From positions 1-37,246 of IMG/VR virus record IMGVR_UViG_3300027732_000060: a DNA stretch of 37,246 nucleotides. One strand, 5' to 3'. Numbering within the stretch: the first letter of the stretch is position 1; the number at the start of each line of letters is the position of its first letter. This document shows, one piece after another, positions 25,755-34,023 of the stretch. A program made the position numbers and the translations under genes. The notes under the pieces are model-generated. The model worked only from the letters and a program-made list of their open reading frames with translations. It did no database searches and had not been told where the DNA came from. The stretch is from a virus. Taxonomy: Duplodnaviria; Caudoviricetes.

Positions 25755-25762
25755 ATTTCACC

Positions 25763-26293
25763 TCAATGTAAAGTTTGCGTCCAAGTTTCAGTTGTATCAG
25801 CCACCACCGTCCAGATCTCTGATGTGTCATCTTCATCTGCCCAAGTCTTGTCAGTGTCTGCAACCTGAGTCCATGTCTCAGCAGTGTCATCCTGACTTGT
25901 CCATACCTCTGCTGTATCAGCCTCATTATTCCACTTATAGACCGCATTGGCGCTCAGTTCTGAATTTGCAGTTATGGTGAAAGATGTAATGGCATAACGT
26001 ACCGCATTGGCAGTTAAGTCTGAAACGCCATCAATGTTTGATGCTGCATAGTAAACCTTGTTGGAGGATGCAGTTATTGCTGATACAGCATTGATCTGTG
26101 CAGCGCCAAATGCATATCTGACTCCATTTGCAGATACCGTACTCACCCCAACAATAGTAGCTCCACCAAAGGCATATCTGATGGCATAGCAAGATGCCGC
26201 GCTGGTGGATGCAATGGTGGACGCAGCATCATATACAACACCTCCAGACAAGCCAGATATAGGTGCTGCTGAGAATGCTGAGATACCAAACAC
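25763..26293 (-). CDS. Virion structural protein with repeats
   Basis: AAGGA RBS, GTG start; ~19-aa Ala/Ser repeats and 10-aa W-x4-DT-x3 repeats. Confidence 0.65.
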   Translation of the reverse strand: MFGISAFSAAPISGLSGGVVYDAASTIASTSAASCYAIRYAFGGATIVGVSTVSANGVRYAFGAAQINAVSAITASSNKVYYAASNIDGVSDLTANAVRYAITSFTITANSELSANAVYKWNNEADTAEVWTSQDDTAETWTQVADTDKTWADEDDTSEIWTVVADTTETWTQTLH

Positions 26294-26302
26294 TGTTTAT
26301 CC

Positions 26303-27112
26303 TTATGGTTTTGCTTCTAGTGCTGTCATTCGTGCTGTCAGGGATGTGATGAGAGCTTGCTGTTCTTGGACAGTCTTAACCAATAACCAAGTAATTTCTG
26401 TGGCATCAAATTTCTTAATTGCTGTGGTTTCTTTATCATCAGCATTAAATTTAGCATCATAGTTTTCAACCGTGTCAGGTAACACCGTCATCACTTCATC
26501 CGCAATAACTCCAAGACCTTTCATGCCTTCAGTTGTGCCACCTTTGCCGTTGTATTCCCATTCACGCACACGCACTTGCATTAACTCTGTTGTGCCTTTA
26601 ATGTAATCACGAATGTTGTCTTTAAGACGCTGGTCAGATGGGTTAGACCAAGTTGTACCTGTTGCTTTTTGTGCGGTAGACCCCGCAAGAATTAACCCAC
26701 CGCTGCCGTCAAGACGCATACGTTCTGTGCTGGCGGTAGTACCATTTCTAAAGTAAAAAGCACCTGTGTTACTTGTACCTCTATGGTCAAAAAACATATT
26801 AGGCGTACCAGTGCCTGTTGTACTGATTGCATAAGAAGCTGCTGCGGTAGCGTCACCTAAAATAATTTCATTTGTGTATCCAGTTTGTGATCCAGTTACT
26901 TTAATTCCACCTGTTGTAATATTTGTATATCCAGCCACTTCAAGTTTTGAAGCTGGCGAACTAGTACCTACACCCACATTCTGACTTGCATCAACAGTTA
27001 CTGCTGTTGTTCCATTTGTCTGAAGTGCAAGGATGCCTGTTCCATCAGAAGAACTTTTAAGTCCTGCTGTTCCACTCACTACACCATTGTCACCATTGAT
27101 GATATTAGCCAT
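26303..27112 (-). CDS. Tail fibre with C-terminal self-cleaving chaperone (peptidase S74)
   Basis: NVGVGT.SP..KLEV, ERMRLD; SDQRLKDNI..GVIADE..coiled coil. Confidence 0.85.
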   Translation of the reverse strand: MANIINGDNGVVSGTAGLKSSSDGTGILALQTNGTTAVTVDASQNVGVGTSSPASKLEVAGYTNITTGGIKVTGSQTGYTNEIILGDATAAASYAISTTGTGTPNMFFDHRGTSNTGAFYFRNGTTASTERMRLDGSGGLILAGSTAQKATGTTWSNPSDQRLKDNIRDYIKGTTELMQVRVREWEYNGKGGTTEGMKGLGVIADEVMTVLPDTVENYDAKFNADDKETTAIKKFDATEITWLLVKTVQEQQALITSLTARMTALEAKP

Positions 27113-27275
27113 TTGTTACCTCATCTGGTGGAGTCGGTTCGTTGCCCTCTGCAAGCCAAGCAAGGTAGGTTTGGTAGTCTGTGTTGGCTACATCTACTGG
27201 TATGTTTGCATTATCAGATAAGCGAAAAATAACAGTAACTTCTTCTGTGATGGGGTGTTTAATTAGCTTATACAT
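27105..27275 (-). CDS. 56-aa tail-fibre-associated protein (absent from ORF track)
   Basis: MYKLIK..IPVDVANTDYQTYLAWLAEGNEPTP; fills the gap. Confidence 0.75.
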   Translation of the reverse strand: MYKLIKHPITEEVTVIFRLSDNANIPVDVANTDYQTYLAWLAEGNEPTPPDEVTNG

Positions 27276-28388
27276 TTATAACTCCGCTGTTGCAGACCAT
27301 TGACCGTGATACATAGCGCCAGAAGACAATGCCGTACTGCTATCAATTCTTCCTACGCCAGTAGAACCCATCCCCCAAGGGGTAGTTATTGTTCCTGTGT
27401 TTGAATTGTCTGAATTTTTTGCCCATACACCAGAGGTTGTATCGTATTTGAAAAAATTCATAGTTGGATTTGTTCTTTTTTCTACTCTAAATTTAATATT
27501 TGCGGCAATAGCAGTCAGACTATTGGTATCTACAATTCCAACATGATTGCCTAGAGTGGTGTTTGTGGGTACCGGGGAAAAAGTGTCGTAGCTTTTTTCA
27601 AAATATCTTTGGCAAAGCAACAACTCAGTCCCAAAAGGTCTGTAATCAAAGCTAGTTGCTGTTGAGCCTTTTTCTAGCTGTACGCCTGTGATGTAGAAAG
27701 TTGCGCCACTGGTAGAAATCCATTGTGTAGTTCCTGTTGCACCCACAACATTTCCTGTTCCCCATGAATTAGCAGATTGAAGAAATGAAGAACCAGCACC
27801 TAAAGCAAATCTAAGGACTATTCCAATACCATTGGTTGTCAACCATGTGCCGCTGGTATCACCAGCGATAGTTACAGATTTTTGTTCCCATGTGTTAGCA
27901 GAATTGATTGTGTATGTAAAAGCATAACTTCTATTAGCCGCACTATTTAAAAGTGCGCCACTAAAAGTTCCTGTTAAAGAACTACGAACCCAAAACGATA
28001 ATGTTACTGTTGCGGCTGATGCTGTACCCCAAGCTAAATCATAAACATTGAGTCCTTCAATTTTTTGTCCAAAATAATAATAATCTGAAGCACTTGGAGT
28101 TGTTGCGGCAGAAGAAGTCAATAAAAATGAATTATTAAAACCAGTTGTAGTCGTTGAACTTTGTTGAGCAGTAAATTTACTTGTTATTGAACCTTGCACA
28201 AAAAATCTATCTACAACAGTATCAGTCGCAGTTGTTTGCGTAAAACTTGCACCTGCATATCTTTGATCAATCACCATTGCACCATTGATGATGCGGTTCT
28301 TGAAGCCTGTAACAGATGTAACAAACTCTCCAGTTGAGCTAGTGGTAGGAGTTGTAATTCCTGTTGTGCCGTTTAGGACAATTGTCAT
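27276..28388 (-). CDS. Tail fibre / receptor-binding protein
   Basis: FKNRIINGAM.IDQR..VTLSFWV..GVQLEKG..ELLLCQRYF; Ser/Thr-rich. Confidence 0.75.
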   Translation of the reverse strand: MTIVLNGTTGITTPTTSSTGEFVTSVTGFKNRIINGAMVIDQRYAGASFTQTTATDTVVDRFFVQGSITSKFTAQQSSTTTTGFNNSFLLTSSAATTPSASDYYYFGQKIEGLNVYDLAWGTASAATVTLSFWVRSSLTGTFSGALLNSAANRSYAFTYTINSANTWEQKSVTIAGDTSGTWLTTNGIGIVLRFALGAGSSFLQSANSWGTGNVVGATGTTQWISTSGATFYITGVQLEKGSTATSFDYRPFGTELLLCQRYFEKSYDTFSPVPTNTTLGNHVGIVDTNSLTAIAANIKFRVEKRTNPTMNFFKYDTTSGVWAKNSDNSNTGTITTPWGMGSTGVGRIDSSTALSSGAMYHGQWSATAEL

Positions 28389-28636
28389 GCTGTCACCTGT
28401 GCTGCCATTTGAGCTTGATAAGCTGCAATTACTTCAGCAGTCCATGCCACATTGCAGATTGCCACTACGTTAGCAGGGATGCCTGTGAGGTCTTGCCCGG
28501 GAACCAAACTATTGCGGTGAAAGGTCTTGCTCAGTTCGTTGCCGTCTTCCATGATGCGTGTTGCTTCACGATAAAGAACAACACCGTTTTCAATCACGGT
28601 AATTTGATCTATGTTGGTTATTTTAGTAAGTGACAT
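28385..28636 (-). CDS. Small tail-associated protein
   Basis: AAGGA RBS; between fibre genes. Confidence 0.7.
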   Translation of the reverse strand: MSLTKITNIDQITVIENGVVLYREATRIMEDGNELSKTFHRNSLVPGQDLTGIPANVVAICNVAWTAEVIAAYQAQMAAQVTA

Positions 28637-28646
28637 GGTTTATCCT

Positions 28647-29273
28647 TTAAGTTGAAGTTTTGTAAACGACCGTTCCAAGAATCCTTGTGCCGTTTTTAAA
28701 AATAGCCATTGTGTTACTGATAGTTGCAGACACAGCCGTTGTTCCGGGAAAGGAACAAGTTACACCTGACATTTGCGCTTGTATAAAATAGACGTTTACA
28801 TTTAAAGTAGAAAAATAAGAAATAGCGCCAGCATCATTATAGATACAGTTAAAAGGAATTCCACTCATCGTAGTAGTAGACCCAGTTCCAATTACTGAAA
28901 TAGCAATATCAAAATACAGTCTTACTGTATCCCCAATTTTTGTGTATGTCGCAATTACAGTTCCGTATGTGGCAGTTCCGCCAATATTAGGTGTCCAAGT
29001 ACCTTCTTCATAGTCATCCAGCGTGTTTACGTCAGTTGATGCTGATTGAGTTGCGGGAAAAGTAATGCCAGAACCACTTGTTGATGGTGTTGCATTACCA
29101 ACTGAAATAGTTGTTGGATTTGTTGTTCTTCCTACTAATGTCACACTTTGATCTGTACCAATAGTCATTGCAGTAGTAGGTGTAGCACCTGTCTGAAGAA
29201 CAAGTGCGCCTGTTGTATCCGCAGTAACTTTATATGCGGTAGTGCTTGTGGTTGATGCGCTGATCGTACTCAT
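28647..29273 (-). CDS. Tail fibre-like protein
   Basis: GITFPATQSAS..NTLDDYEEGTWTP..YTKIG motif; Thr-rich. Confidence 0.7.
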   Translation of the reverse strand: MSTISASTTSTTAYKVTADTTGALVLQTGATPTTAMTIGTDQSVTLVGRTTNPTTISVGNATPSTSGSGITFPATQSASTDVNTLDDYEEGTWTPNIGGTATYGTVIATYTKIGDTVRLYFDIAISVIGTGSTTTMSGIPFNCIYNDAGAISYFSTLNVNVYFIQAQMSGVTCSFPGTTAVSATISNTMAIFKNGTRILGTVVYKTST

Positions 29274-29728
29274 ATAACAACGTGCCTTTGTCCAGATGCC
29301 ACAGTTAAAACAACGCCGCTGTTGATGGTAAGTGGACCAACAGAAAAGCCATTCTGGCCTGTATCAATCGTCACATTAGATGAAACAGTAGAGCTATTGG
29401 TCAATACGCCATTGCTGCCAGCAATTGATTTATCCGCAGGGAGTGTGACAAACACATCTTTTGTTCCCGCAGAGAAATTGACAGCAGAGCCAGAATTGCT
29501 CGATGCCAGGATGGTTGTTCTAGCAAGCGTTGTTCCTGACAATGTGTATGTGCCAATCCCAACCTCCCACTCAGAGCCGCCTTGCAAGGCAATTGCATAG
29601 TAGGTTGTATTGCTGTTTCCAATAGATGAAAACGATTGGAAACCAGTAGATGCACCCAACAGGGTGAACGTACCTGTACCTGTTGTTGTGGAGGTTTCTT
29701 TGACCCTATCTTTAAGCACCAAGGCCAT
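29270..29728 (-). CDS. Tail structural protein
   Basis: DRVKETSTTTGTG..WEVGIG..F.AGTKDVF. Confidence 0.7.
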   Translation of the reverse strand: MALVLKDRVKETSTTTGTGTFTLLGASTGFQSFSSIGNSNTTYYAIALQGGSEWEVGIGTYTLSGTTLARTTILASSNSGSAVNFSAGTKDVFVTLPADKSIAGSNGVLTNSSTVSSNVTIDTGQNGFSVGPLTINSGVVLTVASGQRHVVI

Positions 29729-29738
29729 AATAAAACCT

Positions 29739-30137
29739 TTAAGTCAATGTGATATCTAAATCGCCAGCAGGAATACGCAAGATGTCGCCATCATTAATGA
29801 CTCGGCTGGTGGTCAATGCAGCCCACCCAAGCATTGTTCCTGATGTGATGGCCGTCATAATGGCAATATGTGTGATCGTTCCCCAATTGCCGCCAGAGGC
29901 CGCTGCAAACTCAATGGCCGCGTCATTGGTGCAGTTTGTTGGTGAAGTACCAGAGACAGACAGCGTGCCTGTCACAACACGCGCATAGCCATTGCCGGTC
30001 ACCTCAGTGCCACCACCAGCGTCAGACGGCGCGGCAGTGAACAATCCAATATACCAAGCTGTTGGGCGTGTTACAGCGTTGGCGGTGAACACATAATTCA
30101 GCACCAAATTCTCTGTGTAGTCGGTAAATGATGACAT
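29739..30137 (-). CDS. Virion structural (tail fibre-related) protein
   Basis: Y.EN..L..Y.GLFT..GGTEV...YAR..WGTITH. Confidence 0.7.
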   Translation of the reverse strand: MSSFTDYTENLVLNYVFTANAVTRPTAWYIGLFTAAPSDAGGGTEVTGNGYARVVTGTLSVSGTSPTNCTNDAAIEFAAASGGNWGTITHIAIMTAITSGTMLGWAALTTSRVINDGDILRIPAGDLDITLT

Positions 30138-30146
30138 CTCTTTCCC

Positions 30147-30770
30147 TTATCCAAAAGATCTGGCACGCGCCATCAAAGCACCGCCAGAAGTCGAACCTCG
30201 ATCATCAGCAATCTGTAGCTGTTCAAGTCCAGCTTGATACAAGCTAGACCACACTGAGATTCTCGCATCGTCTTGTAGGTATGGTGCAGCCTGCAATAAT
30301 GCGCCATACAAATACACATCAGGCGCTTGAGTCAGCAGCCAGTTGGTGGTATTGGTAGATGACAACTTTGTCAACTTAGCGTAGTAGACCAACTCTGCGG
30401 TATATGAACCATCAGGTATAGGCAGCACCCTGATCTGTCCTCCGACAATGGTGAAGTACAAGGGCTTACCAGATGAAAGATAGGTTGTATTAGATAACGA
30501 ATCTAATGAATCTATTGTCTCAAACTGCAATGATGTAACTGGATTTGTGTTGAGCTTTAGAGATTTGGTTTCTAAGAAGTCACCAGGCACAGCACCATAC
30601 TCAGTGTCAATGGTGGCTGTAGCTCGCACAATCATCTGTCGCGTGCGGAGCTGGCGCTCAACTTGTGACTCAGCCAGACTGATGAAGTCAGGAATAACTG
30701 AAGTCAGATCAGACCGATTAAGCCAATCGGCCAGCGATGTCTTCAGTTCGGTGTAGGTGGTCAATGCCAT
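30147..30770 (-). CDS. Head-tail adaptor protein
   Basis: Y.ELK...ADWLNR.DL..IP.FI.LAE..P.DFL..NWLL..PD.YLYG. Confidence 0.75.
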   Translation of the reverse strand: MALTTYTELKTSLADWLNRSDLTSVIPDFISLAESQVERQLRTRQMIVRATATIDTEYGAVPGDFLETKSLKLNTNPVTSLQFETIDSLDSLSNTTYLSSGKPLYFTIVGGQIRVLPIPDGSYTAELVYYAKLTKLSSTNTTNWLLTQAPDVYLYGALLQAAPYLQDDARISVWSSLYQAGLEQLQIADDRGSTSGGALMARARSFG

Positions 30771-31424
30771 TTAGACTGCCTCTTTTTCAAGCTGTTCCTT
30801 CATGACCCATGTGTGCTCATGCCGGAATTCAAACGTGCCAATGTGTCCGATTTCTTTCGAGACATCATGGTCAATATACACCTTGAAACCAAGTTCCTGC
30901 GCCTTCTTGCAGAAGAACACATCCTCTCCCATGTAGCCGCGAGTGCCGGTCTGCCACGGCATATCAAACCACGGCTCAGTCATGTTCTCAAACACTTCGC
31001 GCTTGATTAGCATCACGCCAGTGCCAACAGAGCCAACCTCCTCTAAGCCGGTGGACTCAGGCATGGTGTAAACCTGTTGGCGCTTACCATTCTCGTCATA
31101 GTTCTGCGCGGTTGGTCCTGTTGGCATCCTGCGTCTGGCGCAGTTGGTAGCCACTATGTCCACATCATGCGCCATCAACCGCTGGATCATGTCCTGCGGG
31201 AATGTCATGTCGGAGTCGATAAACAGTATGTGGCTGCAACCCTCACGCATTGCATCCAGACACAAGTCAGCACGCTGATTTTGAATTAGTGTGCCTTGCA
31301 GTATCTTGAGGCTGACAGCGTCAGTGGTGTTGAGCGTGTGGTGCGCCACCATGTTGACTAAGCAATATGTGTATTGCGTATGAACCATGTCACGCGCTGG
31401 CGTGCAGACTGCGATGTATTTCAT
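30771..31424 (-). CDS. Glycosyltransferase family 2 (GT-A)
   Basis: LFIDSD DxD motif, GTGVMLI, GEDVFFC, GH. Confidence 0.85.
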   Translation of the reverse strand: MKYIAVCTPARDMVHTQYTYCLVNMVAHHTLNTTDAVSLKILQGTLIQNQRADLCLDAMREGCSHILFIDSDMTFPQDMIQRLMAHDVDIVATNCARRRMPTGPTAQNYDENGKRQQVYTMPESTGLEEVGSVGTGVMLIKREVFENMTEPWFDMPWQTGTRGYMGEDVFFCKKAQELGFKVYIDHDVSKEIGHIGTFEFRHEHTWVMKEQLEKEAV

Positions 31425-31735
31425 ACCTGACCTGGCCTCACTCTAAAGAACCTGTTATCAAAATCGTTTAACCATTTCTTCATGTAAACCGGATCATCAA
31501 TCTTGCCCTCGGCCTTCAACTGAAAGTAAATTGATTCAGGAATGCTGGCAACATGATGCCATTCACCTTTCCAATTTGCTTTGTTGTCGATGGCAGCAAA
31601 GTCGCGCTTGTTGGCCTCAATGACAGCAGTCAAATCCTGAGTTGTCTGAATCGTTGCCTCATCAGTGTCCTCGTTGTAGTGCCAAGTGCGTGTGATCCCC
31701 TTCTCAGGGCTTGCATCAAAAAATCGTTTTTCCAT
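31421..31735 (-). CDS. Hypothetical protein downstream of capsid
   Basis: ORF track; HVASIP..KKWLND; ATGA coupling to the GT gene. Confidence 0.75.
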   Translation of the reverse strand: MEKRFFDASPEKGITRTWHYNEDTDEATIQTTQDLTAVIEANKRDFAAIDNKANWKGEWHHVASIPESIYFQLKAEGKIDDPVYMKKWLNDFDNRFFRVRPGQV

Positions 31736-31742
31736 ATAAGTA

Positions 31743-31764
31743 AGGGGAGGATTTCTCCTCCCCT
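31743..31764 (-). terminator. Stable hairpin after capsid gene
   Basis: AGGGGAGGA-GAAA-TCCTCCCCT (9-bp stem); poor U-tract. Confidence 0.5.
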
Positions 31765-31780
31765 CATTCCTCTCAGTTGA

Positions 31781-32743
31781 TTAAGAAGTTGACAAGTCAG
31801 CGCACAGGCCGTGAGCATTTTCAGCCAAGACCTTATGTCCAAATTCAATCAACAACATACGCTTCTCAGCGTCACCAGTTTTCGCCAACTCTAATTGCTG
31901 GTAAGGACGCAGCACAGTCATCTTTGCGTACTCAGGATCGATGATCCAACCATCACGCTCGCGCTGGAAGCGGTTTGCGATAACGGCCACGTTGCCAAAG
32001 TCGCTGACGTAGATGTCAACTGCACCGATCAACACGGCAGGCTTTTCGCCGCCGTTGATGTTGAAACGTGAAGATGCAATGCCAGAGAAACCAGACACGC
32101 GCTGCTTGTTGACAGGACCAACCATCAGGATTTTTGGTGTACCGCCAGCAGACCATACTTTCTGAATCACATTCTTGAGAATGGTTTCAGTAAAGGTACG
32201 CACGTTACCGTCACTACGCGCATTGTTTGGCAATGTGGTGTAGCTTGGGTCAGCGCCGTTGGTTTGCTTGTCGGTGTTGGTCTTGACAAACGCGCCCAAA
32301 GAGGCAGTCACGCGAGCAGTTGTGGTGTTACCAGCAACAGCAATACCGCCATTCAAAAAGATGAATTCTTGGTCACGCTTCAACTCAGAACCGCGCTTGG
32401 CGATCTGATAAGCCAACTCAGAACGGCGGCCAGCCTTGTTAACCACTTCTTCAGTGTTCGACAAGACGATAGTTTTGCGTGCGATCTGAGCGTAGTTGGT
32501 CAAACGAACAGTTGCGACAACTGAATCGAATGTGCCAACGTCATCACCTTCCAACTGAGCATTGGCGGCTGCGTCTGCCAATGTGTCGGTCTGCCACTCA
32601 AACAAAGTATTGCTGATGGTTTCGCGACCAATGTTGGATTGGTACGGTGTTTCTTCGGGAGCAATGTTGGTGATCACATTGCTCAAGTCTTCACGGATAC
32701 CTTTTGCAGAGTATGTGGTGAACGTGTTTGCTACGATAGTCAT
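31781..32743 (-). CDS. Major capsid protein (DUF5309/SU10-like)
   Basis: REDLS.VI.NI.P.ETP..EWQTD.L..EGDD..N..QI..ELKRD.E..LAKTGD; follows scaffold. Confidence 0.9.
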   Translation of the reverse strand: MTIVANTFTTYSAKGIREDLSNVITNIAPEETPYQSNIGRETISNTLFEWQTDTLADAAANAQLEGDDVGTFDSVVATVRLTNYAQIARKTIVLSNTEEVVNKAGRRSELAYQIAKRGSELKRDQEFIFLNGGIAVAGNTTTARVTASLGAFVKTNTDKQTNGADPSYTTLPNNARSDGNVRTFTETILKNVIQKVWSAGGTPKILMVGPVNKQRVSGFSGIASSRFNINGGEKPAVLIGAVDIYVSDFGNVAVIANRFQRERDGWIIDPEYAKMTVLRPYQQLELAKTGDAEKRMLLIEFGHKVLAENAHGLCADLSTS

Positions 32744-32753
32744 GATTAATTCC

Positions 32754-33746
32754 TTATTTCAAGAGTTTGAAGATTGCATCAGCCGCGTCATCGACACGGC
32801 CAGTTCTCGCAAGACGTTGTTGTGCTCGCAATGCTTCAGTATTATTTGAGACTCTTCCTGCTGCACCAGGCTTGGCAGGTTTCGGGCCATTGTTCGTCAC
32901 CGGCTTGATCTGTCCACGCTTGGACATCATCTGGTCATACAGTGCCGCTTTTCGCAGCATCACAACCGCCCTGTGATCCACAACATTCTTCAGTTCATCA
33001 GGTGAGAATCCAGCCTTCTGGCCGAATTGAACAAGCATGGCTTTTTCGGCCGCAGCTTTTTTAGCGTCTTTCCACTCAGGGATTGCCGCCACCAAAGACT
33101 CTTGCTCCTGCTGCAACATCTGATTGCGATATTGCATCTGCTCTTGATTGGATAACTCAAAGAGTCGCTGCTTTTCCGATTGGATGGCCGCGTTTCTCTC
33201 TTGGTTTTCACGCATCAACTCGCGCTGCGTCACATACTCAATTGGGTCTTCATTTCTGAGTTGATCCCAATTAATGTTCGGCTGCGCTGCCTGCTGAACC
33301 TGCGCCTCTAGAGCACCTAATAATTGAGCGTACTGCTCGCGCTCGGCACGCACTGACTGCAACTCTGCTTCGGCTTGCTTTCGCACCTCGGCAATTTGCT
33401 GCGTTTTGCGCGTGTAATCCTGAGTCCTTGAATATCCCTTTTGGAGTTCCTCCAGCGACACCTCGACTTCTTTACCGTCAACCTTGACGGTGAAGACTTG
33501 TGGCTGTTCTTCCTCCTCAGAATTCTCATCTTCTTCAGATTGTTCGGTATCAGTTTCATCACCATCCGCGTCTGCATCGGTTAGCAACTCCTCATCTACC
33601 GCCGCGCCCTCTTCGGGCAACTGCGTCTCGCTGTTCTCCTCTTGTCCCTCATCGGGGAGCATCCCAGCAAGTGCATTGGCTGCTTCAGCCATATTCATCG
33701 GACCTTGTACAACACTCGCCGCTGGCGTTGGTGCTACTGTTTGCAT
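32754..33746 (-). CDS. Capsid scaffolding protein
   Basis: Acidic N-terminus, VKVDG.E.EV.L.EL..GY...DYTRKTQ, coiled coil. Confidence 0.85.
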   Translation of the reverse strand: MQTVAPTPAASVVQGPMNMAEAANALAGMLPDEGQEENSETQLPEEGAAVDEELLTDADADGDETDTEQSEEDENSEEEEQPQVFTVKVDGKEVEVSLEELQKGYSRTQDYTRKTQQIAEVRKQAEAELQSVRAEREQYAQLLGALEAQVQQAAQPNINWDQLRNEDPIEYVTQRELMRENQERNAAIQSEKQRLFELSNQEQMQYRNQMLQQEQESLVAAIPEWKDAKKAAAEKAMLVQFGQKAGFSPDELKNVVDHRAVVMLRKAALYDQMMSKRGQIKPVTNNGPKPAKPGAAGRVSNNTEALRAQQRLARTGRVDDAADAIFKLLK

Positions 33747-33762
33747 TGGTCTATTTCCTTAA

Positions 33763-34023
33763 TTAAACAAGATTTTTTTGCGCTCGCTCAATGGCACGCT
33801 GTGCCACCTTGCCGTTGTCGATCATTTTGGTGAGTTCATTCTTGAAACTCTCTATGGCACGCAACTGCGCCCAACAGATTTCACGCTTGCTCGACTCTTC
33901 CGGTTTGCTGCTCTCAAACTCCCACAGCAAATCGCCACGCATCTTCTCCAAGGCCGCCGCAAATACCTCGTCCTGCATAAACTGCTCAGACCTGCGGCCT
34001 TTTCTTACCTGTTCTTCGTTCAT
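33763..34023 (-). CDS. Small protein between portal and scaffold
   Basis: 86 aa, helical; ATGA overlap with portal. Confidence 0.7.
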   Translation of the reverse strand: MNEEQVRKGRRSEQFMQDEVFAAALEKMRGDLLWEFESSKPEESSKREICWAQLRAIESFKNELTKMIDNGKVAQRAIERAQKNLV

